Origin: Desulfobacterales bacterium
GTDB taxonomy: Bacteria > Desulfobacterota > Desulfobacteria > Desulfobacterales > JAHDSC01
NCBI GenBank assembly: GCA_016931455.1
Contig: JAFGES010000104.1
Coordinates: forward strand, 2,685-66,684
Reading direction: 5' to 3'
DNA length: 64,000 nucleotides
In this document: positions 10,128-18,568 of the stretch, piece by piece
How positions within the stretch are numbered: the stretch's first letter is position 1
How the letters are laid out: each line of letters opens with the position of its first letter
Position numbers and translations under genes: made by a program
Notes under the pieces: model-generated
Database searches by the model: none
The model's input: the letters and a program-made list of their open reading frames with translations, nothing else
Told to the model about the DNA's origin: nothing

Positions 10128-10251
10128 TCTAGAAAAAATGAATATTAGCATATGCTATCCGGAAATGTAAATTTTATTTCTCCAAGTCTTTGAACCCTTC
10201 TTTGCCGGGTAAAGAAGAAAAACCTTATCGATAAACGATTAGATTCGGTTC

Positions 10252-10280
10252 TTGACAATATTTTCATATGATAATAATCT
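10252..10280 (+). promoter_or_regulatory. Sigma70-type promoter ahead of the T6SS-associated sensor genes
   Basis: TTGACA-N17-TAATCT. Confidence 0.6.
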
Positions 10281-10397
10281 TACGAATAAGTTATAGATAA
10301 GGCCTCATGGCTTCTAATCAAAAGATATATTTTCTTGCCGAGCTACTAAGCTATTACATAGGGTTTAGGCTATGTTATCTTAAACAACATTTTTAAC

Positions 10398-11264
10398 TTG
10401 AGGTCGATTCAGGTGAAAAAAAGCCTCTTGCTGTGGTGCTTTTTGTTCTGGTGCTTTTTGCTCTGTTTAACAAGTACTGTTATGACTTACAGCAAAATCA
10501 GCCGGTTAAAGAGCAAAATAAATCATTCCGGAATAGACATTGTTCAGCGGCTATCTATTCATGGCGCTTTGCCTTTATTAGAAAAAGATACGGCAACGCT
10601 CAGCCGATTAATTCATGAATCTGCAACACAATCAAATGCTGTTTTTGCAGCGATTGTCGATCATAAAAACAACATTATCGTTAATACGAATCCGGAATTA
10701 TTAGTTTTTGCAAATGAAATAGATAAAACATATACTCAGGGAGAAGTCTCTTTTTGGGCAGGAGTCACAACGGGTGATGAAAAAATGATCTTCTCTTCAG
10801 ATGTGACCTATTCAGGTACAAAGATCGGCAAAATATACTTAGCCCTTTCGACCAAAGAAATTCATGAATCCCAAAATTTACTCATTTTCATTATCTTTTC
10901 AAGTTTTATAGTTTTATCGGCAGTATTAAGTATTATATATTACAATGAGTTACGAGTATTTATAAATCGGCTGAAAGCGTTTTGGAAATCAAACCCGGAT
11001 AGAGAGTTTCTTCATAAAAAAAATCTCCATATTATTTGCCCATTGTGCGGCTCGAATCAACCGATGACCCAATCAATTTTTGATTGTGTAGATTTGAAAA
11101 ATATCCCTACAATTCGATCTGCAGAAGGTGAGTTGGATTCCGGGGTGTTACGTCAATCTGAAGGAATTTTCCTGGCGGATATCGCTGGAATTGAAAATCT
11201 GGGCTGGTTAAAACGTCAAGTCATTTTTCGTTGTGCAGAAATTATTAAAATCCTATCAACCTGA
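10398..11264 (+). CDS. Two-TM periplasmic-sensor protein with C-terminal CPxC motif; paralog of the kinase sensor domain
   Basis: TM-periplasmic-TM layout; LLEKD..FAAIVDHK..DVTYSG.KIGK shared with the next ORF; CPLCG in the cytoplasmic tail. Confidence 0.65.
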   Translation: MRSIQVKKSLLLWCFLFWCFLLCLTSTVMTYSKISRLKSKINHSGIDIVQRLSIHGALPLLEKDTATLSRLIHESATQSNAVFAAIVDHKNNIIVNTNPELLVFANEIDKTYTQGEVSFWAGVTTGDEKMIFSSDVTYSGTKIGKIYLALSTKEIHESQNLLIFIIFSSFIVLSAVLSIIYYNELRVFINRLKAFWKSNPDREFLHKKNLHIICPLCGSNQPMTQSIFDCVDLKNIPTIRSAEGELDSGVLRQSEGIFLADIAGIENLGWLKRQVIFRCAEIIKILST

Positions 11265-11306
11265 AAGTTGAATTCGGGATAATCTTGAAACTGCGGAAAG
11301 GGAGCG

Positions 11307-12929
11307 ATGTCTGTTAGCCAAATAACCTCATCAACCGTATTATGGGTGAAGGAATTGTCAACAAACATCTTCCACACACTCAGACGAAAATTGTTCCAAG
11401 TAAAATTCATCCATCGTAACAGCAAGCCCATTATGGTGTGTCTTATAATTTGGATTGTAGCCGTAGTGGGGAGTTATTTTATTTACCACAGTGCAACCTC
11501 ACAGGTAAAAAGTGACTTCTATCAATACGGACGGTCGGCAACGCAGAACCTCACAGCTAAAATCGGTTCCTTCCTTTTAGAAAAAGATATCTTATCCTTA
11601 AATTCGGCTATTGCTGAGATCACCGACAATAAAAATTTGATTTTTGCCGCAATCTTAGATCACAAAGATACAATCGTGGTCCAAACTGAAACCGATCGAT
11701 CAAGTGAAATGTCAGTCCCTTTAAGAAATAGAAAATTTATAGGTACTATAGAAGGCGTTTCAATTGAATCCGGAGTTTCAGCAAGTAATGAAAACGTGAT
11801 CCGCTATTCCAAAGATGTCACTTATTCCGGAATAAATATTGGTAAAGTACAATGCGTATTCTCTCCGTCGGATTTGTACCGTAGCCTAAAAAAATACAAA
11901 ATTTTTTTTATCTCCGAAGTTATTTTCAGTTTTTTGTTATTTTCAGTAATTTTGTCGGCGATTGATCGGATCACCAAAGCAAGAGCCTTAAGGGACCAAA
12001 AAGAAAAAGAAAAAATGGACCGGATCGGTCCTTATGTATTGAAAGAAAAAATCGGTCAAGGAGGGATGGCCGAGTTGTTTTTAGCCGACTATATACGCGA
12101 GGAGGGTTTTCGAAAAAGGGTTGCCTTGAAAAAAATACTTCCTCACCTTGTTGAAAGTCCCGAGTTTATTAAGATGTTCATTCGCGAGGCCAGACTGGCG
12201 GCTATTTTACAGCACCCGAATATTGTTCAGATTTTTGATTTTGGTAAAAGAGAAAATATTTATTTCATTGTCATGGAATATATTTACGGGAAAAATCTGG
12301 CTGAAATAATCAACTCACATCAAGGAGGCCTGCCTGTTGACCAATGCGTTTTTATAGTGTCACAGATTTGTATGGGGCTGCAGTACTCTCATGCGAAAAA
12401 GGATGACTCATCCGGTGAACCCTTGAATATAGTGCATAGAGATATCAGTCCTCAGAATATCCTTATTTCATTTCAAGGTGAAGTCAAAATCAGCGATTTT
12501 GGAATTTCAAAGGCCCGATCGGAGCCCAGTATGACCAAAGCCGGAGTCATCAAAGGTAAACTTTCCTATCTGTCACCGGAACAGGCCTTGGGACAAGCTG
12601 CCGATCATCAATCCGACTTATATGCATTGGGAATTGTTTTTTATGAAATGCTTTCCGGAAAGAAATTATATCATTTTGATAGTGAGATTAAAGCCATTCG
12701 ATCGATTCCAAAAATGGAAATCGTTTCCATAATTGAAGTGAGACCTGAGATTCCGGAGCAGCTCAACAATATCGTAATGAAATGCCTATCAAAAGATAAA
12801 AAAAATAGATACCAAAGTGCGCAGGAAATTCTAAGGGACTTGGTAGATCTTAAATTAAAATTGAATATGCCGTATGATCGGTCAAATTTATCGGATTTCA
12901 TGAAAAAACATTTTTCGGCGCAATGTTAA
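11307..12929 (+). CDS. Membrane Hanks-type Ser/Thr kinase with N-terminal periplasmic sensor (PpkA-like role inferred)
   Basis: GQGGMA, VALKK, HRDISPQN, DFG, YLSPEQ, DLYALG; two TMs precede the kinase. Confidence 0.9.
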   Translation: MSVSQITSSTVLWVKELSTNIFHTLRRKLFQVKFIHRNSKPIMVCLIIWIVAVVGSYFIYHSATSQVKSDFYQYGRSATQNLTAKIGSFLLEKDILSLNSAIAEITDNKNLIFAAILDHKDTIVVQTETDRSSEMSVPLRNRKFIGTIEGVSIESGVSASNENVIRYSKDVTYSGINIGKVQCVFSPSDLYRSLKKYKIFFISEVIFSFLLFSVILSAIDRITKARALRDQKEKEKMDRIGPYVLKEKIGQGGMAELFLADYIREEGFRKRVALKKILPHLVESPEFIKMFIREARLAAILQHPNIVQIFDFGKRENIYFIVMEYIYGKNLAEIINSHQGGLPVDQCVFIVSQICMGLQYSHAKKDDSSGEPLNIVHRDISPQNILISFQGEVKISDFGISKARSEPSMTKAGVIKGKLSYLSPEQALGQAADHQSDLYALGIVFYEMLSGKKLYHFDSEIKAIRSIPKMEIVSIIEVRPEIPEQLNNIVMKCLSKDKKNRYQSAQEILRDLVDLKLKLNMPYDRSNLSDFMKKHFSAQC

Positions 12930-13072
12930 TGACAATGAAAAGATACAAATGGTTTCTATGAATTTATGGTCACGAAATGTTTTTAAAAATTAAAGTATTT
13001 TTTGCCGGTTCAAAAAATACATTTAAAATTGAAGGCTGAAGACCGAAGATGTTTAAAAGAACATAGAATTTA

Positions 13073-15202
13073 TTGAAGCGCTTTTTTATGATTATGAATG
13101 AACCTAAATCTGAAAAAAAGATGAATATGCCATCCTTGGTTTCTTATATCGCTAATAAAGGGAATAAATTCCGTTTGAAGCTTTCTATGGTTTCAAAAGA
13201 TCCATTAGTTATTGAAAAATTTCTTTTCCCATTTATGATTGTCAGCGAATCAAACCCGCTTGCCAATCTCATGGAAGCTCAAATTGTCAGTGACGCCGAT
13301 AGCGAAATCAAAAAGGTATTTCTTCTAATCCAAAAAGAAGAATGTCTCCTTACAAGCGATGAATTGCGGCCCATAACCAACAAGGATATTGAACAGTGTT
13401 GGCAGAAGGCCTTTAGATTTTATTCAGACAAAAACCAAGACGGCTCCATTGCAATCCTGTCAGATCAAATCGGTGCAGATAAATCTTTGTTGCCGTTTCA
13501 ATCCTTGTTTTATTGTAAAGCAGAGCAAATTTTTTTTAACCCTCCCTGCCCAATATGCGGTCTACCGCTTCAGCAATGTTATAATGACGATCTGCTGATA
13601 GGTTCCGGACTCCAACCGTACTCAACATCCCTTAGACGATATTTATTCTGCCCGAATTGCTTAGATGCAATCGAACAAACTGATTTTTATGTGTATAAGC
13701 TGCAAGTTGCCGATCCACCGATATTAAAGGATCAATCGGATTTGATTAATGGATATGGGCGGTTGCTGGCGAAGGAAACGCATTTGGACGCGTTTCCTTG
13801 TTCCACATGTCCCAAACAGTTGGAATGCTATAGTTCCGACAAGTTGGCTGCTTCTAGAATCATACCGTTTTCTTTTTACCCTTTTTTCATGTTGGTCTTT
13901 GAAGCCCAGTCGATTAAAGCGATTGATTTTCTATCTCTCATATCAGGAGCTTCGCCCAAGGAATTGTGCCATCGGCTTATTGAAAAAAAAGAGGACGGCC
14001 GGGTAAATTGCTTGCGATTTATAATAGAAAATGATTTAATGAATTCACCTTTTTTGTTTGATGAAACTGAAAAATTTTTTCTGGAGGTTTTGTATTTAAA
14101 GCTTTCATTTTTGGGAGAGCTTGCGCAGACAATTTTTTCCAGGTTAGATATTTATCGCCCCCCGGATATCGGTTTGTCATTGGATCAGGTTTGGATTAAG
14201 CTAACGGAACGGGCAGGATTACTGCCGCTTTTCTGGAACTTTAAGCTAAGCCTTATAGATATCGGGGCCGATGCATTTAAAACCTCATTGCATCCCCAAA
14301 TACCTCCTTTTTATGCGCTACACTTTTTAGGCACGGTTTGGTTCTATTGCCTTCTAGTCAACCGAAAACAAAGTCTTACAGATGTGTATGCGGCTGTTGA
14401 AAGCCAAATTGTAAAAGACGCTTCCAAAAAAGAATTGAATTTCAAAGTATTTATCGAGGATGCATCTAATCAGTTATTTAAACCTGAAAATATTTTTTGG
14501 GATCCGGATTGCCGTAAGCACAATACGGTTGAAAACAGCTGGGAGAGTATATGGGAAAAGGCACTGAACATGGGATGTAAGCTGCTCAATGCCGGTCTAA
14601 GTGCCGACTCCGAATGGGTGGAAAAAAAATTTTTGATTGAACTTGAAGGACTCAGAGAAGAAATTAAGTCTAAATTGTTCCAGCAACTTACGGTAACTGT
14701 TCAAGTACCGGCACAGGCACCGGTGGAAACGGAAAATAAAGCAATTCATGATATCCTTGTCAAGATCATGGATAAATGGGGTATAGGATTTACGGCAAAG
14801 CCGAATGATATAAAACCGAGTGAAATGGGAATTGAAGAGCCGGATGAAACCGAACTTGAAAAAACCGTCGTCATATCAACGCAATCGAGTAAAGACCTTG
14901 AAAAAAAGGTTGTTCCTCAACAAGAACAAGATGATGAAGAAATACGAGAGACGGTTATCCTTTCTTCGGACGACTTTGACAAGCAGACCCTGACACCGAT
15001 TACGTCGGAAGCTCAAGAAGCATCGGAAGACATTCCGGAGACGGTTATGATTTCGCCGCCTAAGGTCTCGGAACCGTCGGATTCTTCGAATAAAAAAGAA
15101 GTTTCTTCCGATCATTTTCTAAAGAAGAAATCTAATGAATTTGAAGAAGATGATTTTTTAGCCGAGACGGTTATTCTCCATCCGGATGTGGACAAGGAAT
15201 AG
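13073..15202 (+). CDS. T6SS-associated hypothetical protein: Cys-rich region, pseudokinase-like core, acidic Thr-repeat tail
   Basis: CPICG, CPNC, CSTC motifs; degenerate kinase-like segments; tail repeats KTVVIS/ETVILS/ETVMIS/ETVILH; start may be a downstream ATG. Confidence 0.6.
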   Translation: MKRFFMIMNEPKSEKKMNMPSLVSYIANKGNKFRLKLSMVSKDPLVIEKFLFPFMIVSESNPLANLMEAQIVSDADSEIKKVFLLIQKEECLLTSDELRPITNKDIEQCWQKAFRFYSDKNQDGSIAILSDQIGADKSLLPFQSLFYCKAEQIFFNPPCPICGLPLQQCYNDDLLIGSGLQPYSTSLRRYLFCPNCLDAIEQTDFYVYKLQVADPPILKDQSDLINGYGRLLAKETHLDAFPCSTCPKQLECYSSDKLAASRIIPFSFYPFFMLVFEAQSIKAIDFLSLISGASPKELCHRLIEKKEDGRVNCLRFIIENDLMNSPFLFDETEKFFLEVLYLKLSFLGELAQTIFSRLDIYRPPDIGLSLDQVWIKLTERAGLLPLFWNFKLSLIDIGADAFKTSLHPQIPPFYALHFLGTVWFYCLLVNRKQSLTDVYAAVESQIVKDASKKELNFKVFIEDASNQLFKPENIFWDPDCRKHNTVENSWESIWEKALNMGCKLLNAGLSADSEWVEKKFLIELEGLREEIKSKLFQQLTVTVQVPAQAPVETENKAIHDILVKIMDKWGIGFTAKPNDIKPSEMGIEEPDETELEKTVVISTQSSKDLEKKVVPQQEQDDEEIRETVILSSDDFDKQTLTPITSEAQEASEDIPETVMISPPKVSEPSDSSNKKEVSSDHFLKKKSNEFEEDDFLAETVILHPDVDKE

Positions 15203-15208
15203 CAGATC

Positions 15209-15937
15209 GTGACCCATCGAATATCCATTAAACAATTGACCCATGAAGTCAGACAGATTTATAGATCCGATCGCTTGCAGGCTGAAGATTTGATTGCAAC
15301 CTATATTGAAAAAAGATTAAATGAATTTTCAGTTGAGGAAAGATCAATACTAGTAAAAAAATTGGCGGATGAGTTTGTGGATACTGATAAACATTTGACC
15401 GCCGATGTCAATATAGACGAAGAAGTCCTTGCAAGAGTTTCTGCATTATTGCTCGGCAGGAAAGTGTCCAAGGCGGACTTGTCATCTACAGAGCTTTTAA
15501 GTCGATTGGCTGAATCTTTAAATACGATTTTTGATGAACTCAATCAATTGGTCAGTGTGATCAATGCAGCCCTTTATGGAGAGACGGTGGGTGAGGCAAC
15601 GATTCGGCAGGTCATCGGGTTTCAATTGGAGGACGAAAGTCCTTCCAAGTCTCTTGAAAGTTATCTTGGACAAATCAGAAAAGCTTTTTTGACTGCCCAG
15701 CAAGCCTTCAAACAGGCTGCCCAATCTAAGGTGATTGAAATTTTAAATGAGTTGGACCCGGATAAGATCGCTGCAATCAGCGGAGGAGGCCTGAAATTCG
15801 GTCCCCTTCGTAAAGCCGAATTATTTGGGATATATACTGAAAAATTTCATACATGCCGAAAATGGTTTGAATCCGGGCGATTCATGGAAGAATTTCTGAG
15901 GGAGTTTGAAAAGAATTGCCAAAAAATGTCTTTATAG
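15209..15937 (+). CDS. TagH/Fha C-terminal-domain-like protein lacking an FHA domain
   Basis: AFKQAA..ILNELDPDKI..FGPLRKAELF..FMEEFLREFEK resembles the Fha C-terminal helical domain; located just before tssJ. Confidence 0.6.
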   Translation: MTHRISIKQLTHEVRQIYRSDRLQAEDLIATYIEKRLNEFSVEERSILVKKLADEFVDTDKHLTADVNIDEEVLARVSALLLGRKVSKADLSSTELLSRLAESLNTIFDELNQLVSVINAALYGETVGEATIRQVIGFQLEDESPSKSLESYLGQIRKAFLTAQQAFKQAAQSKVIEILNELDPDKIAAISGGGLKFGPLRKAELFGIYTEKFHTCRKWFESGRFMEEFLREFEKNCQKMSL

Positions 15938-15952
15938 CAGGGAGGTGCCAAA

Positions 15953-16501
15953 GTGAGAAGATATATAAAAGAACAATGCCTTATGATGCTTATTTTTACA
16001 ATATGGGTATGGGGCTTTGCTTGTGCATCACGACCGATTGCCCCCCCGGAATGGCGATACGAGAAAGATGCGATTCATCTCCAATTCAGGCCTGATTCGC
16101 AACTCAATATTTATGAAGGAATGCCTCACACCCTTCATGCCTGTGTTTATCAACTCAGAGATCCAAATGCGTTCAACCAGCTCGCCGATGATAATGATGG
16201 GCTCTATAAGCTCTTGGAATGCAGCCTTTTTGATGCGAGCGTCTCTAGTTGCAAAAGAGTAACTCTTAATCCCGGACAGGATTTAACGGTTGACTTAGAT
16301 CGGGCTGAAGGTGCAAAATATGTTGCAATTGTAGCCGGTTACTATTCGTTCGAAAAAGAACGTATGGTACGGCTCTTTGATATTCCGGTAATTATCGAGA
16401 AAAAAGGTTGGCTCAAACGAACTCAAATATCAAAGCCCGGTCCCTTGCAGATTGAAATTATATTAGGTCCGCAACAAATTTATAAATCCGAGGAAAAATA
16501 G
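15953..16501 (+). CDS. tssJ: T6SS outer-membrane lipoprotein TssJ
   Basis: Lipobox GFAC; LN..GMPH...VYQL, PGQ, AKYVAIVAGY. Confidence 0.9.
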   Translation: MRRYIKEQCLMMLIFTIWVWGFACASRPIAPPEWRYEKDAIHLQFRPDSQLNIYEGMPHTLHACVYQLRDPNAFNQLADDNDGLYKLLECSLFDASVSSCKRVTLNPGQDLTVDLDRAEGAKYVAIVAGYYSFEKERMVRLFDIPVIIEKKGWLKRTQISKPGPLQIEIILGPQQIYKSEEK

Positions 16502-16505
16502 GAAG

Positions 16506-17891
16506 ATGGACAGACCGCTTTTTTGGCATCAAGGGCTTTTTTTGCAGCCTCAACATTTTCAACTGGATGATCTTTATCTTAAGTCTCTTCTAACACCTTT
16601 TCACAGGTTTTTACGTCCCCACTTCTGGGGTGTCGGCGACTTGGAAATCCAGGAGGCTGCATTGGGAAATTTTTCGTTTAATCTCTTAAGGGGTGAGTTT
16701 CTGTTTTCGGATATGACCCATATTGTGTTCCCGGGCAATTCGCTGATTGAAGCCCGTTCTTTTGATGGAGCTTGGGAAAAGGGAGATAAACCTTTCAACG
16801 TATTTTTGGGCCTGAAAAAATGGAATAATACCGGCGAAAATGTGACTGTACTTTCTAAAATCGACAAGTTCTCTGAAGTAACGACTCGCTTTGTGACAAC
16901 AGCGGACCCTGAAGAGATTCCTGATATGCATCACAACGGTCCGACGGCAGAGGTTAAAAAACTTTCATACCTATTGAAACTATTTTGGGAGTCTGAAAAG
17001 GACCACTTGGGCGACTATGTTCTGATTCCGATAGCTCAGTTGGAACGGATGGGAGAAGAGATTCAGCTTTCACAGCATTTTATTCCACCCTGTTTGACTT
17101 TGTCGGCTTCAAAGCCTCTAATAAAAATCATAGGGGAAATCAGAGATGAAATTGCATCGCGCAGCAGGCAGTTGGAATCCTATAAACGCGAACGAGGTAT
17201 TCATACAGCGGAATTTGGGGCAAGAGACATGGTTTATCTGCTTGCTTTACGATCTCTAAACCGGTATGTGCCGCTTCTTTTTCATTTAACGGAATCTCGG
17301 CAAGTCGATCCTTGGATGGTATATGGCACCCTAAGACAATTGATCGGCGAACTTTCCTCTTTTTCACAACAGACGAATGTGATGGGTGAAATGGAAAGTG
17401 CAGCCCGTAGTTTAGTTCAATATGACCATCTAAGTCTGTGGAAATGCTTTTCAAACGCTCAGGCTTTAATCACGCAGTTGCTCGACGAGATTACCGCCGG
17501 ACCTGAATATGTGATCGAGCTTGTATTTGATGGTACTTACTATGCAGCGGAGTTACCACCGAAAATTTTTGAGGGGCGCAATCGTTTTTATCTTGTTTTT
17601 GAAACCGAATCCGACCCTCACTTCGTTCTTCAATCCCTGCAGACAATTGCAAAACTCAGCGCCCGTGAAACGTTGCCCATTTTAATCGCGCGTGCCCTAT
17701 CCGGAATAAAACTGGAACATCTGCAAGCACCGCCGCAAGAATTGCCTCGTCGGGCCGGTTCAATATATGTGCAGATTGATTATCATAGTGACCAATGGAC
17801 TCAGGTACAAAAATATAATAACATTGCATTGTATTGGGATGCTGCTCCGGATGATTTAAAAGTGGAAATGATGATTGTAGGGAGAACATAG
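16506..17891 (+). CDS. tssK: T6SS baseplate subunit TssK
   Basis: WHQGLFLQPQHFQ, FIPPCL, YDH, PPQELP. Confidence 0.95.
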   Translation: MDRPLFWHQGLFLQPQHFQLDDLYLKSLLTPFHRFLRPHFWGVGDLEIQEAALGNFSFNLLRGEFLFSDMTHIVFPGNSLIEARSFDGAWEKGDKPFNVFLGLKKWNNTGENVTVLSKIDKFSEVTTRFVTTADPEEIPDMHHNGPTAEVKKLSYLLKLFWESEKDHLGDYVLIPIAQLERMGEEIQLSQHFIPPCLTLSASKPLIKIIGEIRDEIASRSRQLESYKRERGIHTAEFGARDMVYLLALRSLNRYVPLLFHLTESRQVDPWMVYGTLRQLIGELSSFSQQTNVMGEMESAARSLVQYDHLSLWKCFSNAQALITQLLDEITAGPEYVIELVFDGTYYAAELPPKIFEGRNRFYLVFETESDPHFVLQSLQTIAKLSARETLPILIARALSGIKLEHLQAPPQELPRRAGSIYVQIDYHSDQWTQVQKYNNIALYWDAAPDDLKVEMMIVGRT

Positions 17892-17893
17892 AC

Positions 17894-18568
17894 ATGCGTT
17901 TGACGGATTGTTTTTTGGAACTGATTGCTTACGTGGCTTATTTTTTAAAAAATGCGGCTGATAGGCAACCTGCATTCGATCAAGTTAAAGCCGATATTCA
18001 ACGCCTGATCTCAGAGAGTCAAGACAGCCTGAAAAAGGGAAACTTATCCGCAGAAGATTATGACCTCGCACGTTTTGCCATCTTTGCTTGGATTGATGAG
18101 GCTATATTGAACTCCGGTTGGAATGAGAAAGATAAATGGCAGCGAGAACAGCTCCAGCGTATCTATTACCGGACCGCCGATGCCGGAGAGATCTTTTTTG
18201 AACGCTTAAACGCCGTTGGACCCCACCAGCGGGACGTAAGAGAAGTTTACTATCTTTGCCTGGCTATGGGCTTTATGGGACGTTATTGCCGTGAGGGCGA
18301 TGAATATCTTTTGGATCAATTAAAGACATCCAATCTTAAATTGATTATGGGAAGCTCCATGGGACTTGGTGCCCTGACCGAAGAACTTTTCCCGGAAGCT
18401 TATCCGGTGGAATCAAGTACAGCCGGCGTTGGAAAAGTTAAAAACCGTTTTTCGTTTTTTACGATTCTTTGTCTTGGATTTCCGGTTGTTTTGTATGGCG
18501 TTTTGTTTCTGATCTATCGCTTTATATTAAGCAATATCGGCGAAAATTTATTGAGTACGGTGCAGTAA
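17894..18568 (+). CDS. tssL: T6SS TssL/DotU (no OmpA domain)
   Basis: AWIDE, LQ..YY..AGEIFFERL, EVYYLCLAMGFMGRY; C-terminal TM. Confidence 0.93.
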   Translation: MRLTDCFLELIAYVAYFLKNAADRQPAFDQVKADIQRLISESQDSLKKGNLSAEDYDLARFAIFAWIDEAILNSGWNEKDKWQREQLQRIYYRTADAGEIFFERLNAVGPHQRDVREVYYLCLAMGFMGRYCREGDEYLLDQLKTSNLKLIMGSSMGLGALTEELFPEAYPVESSTAGVGKVKNRFSFFTILCLGFPVVLYGVLFLIYRFILSNIGENLLSTVQ

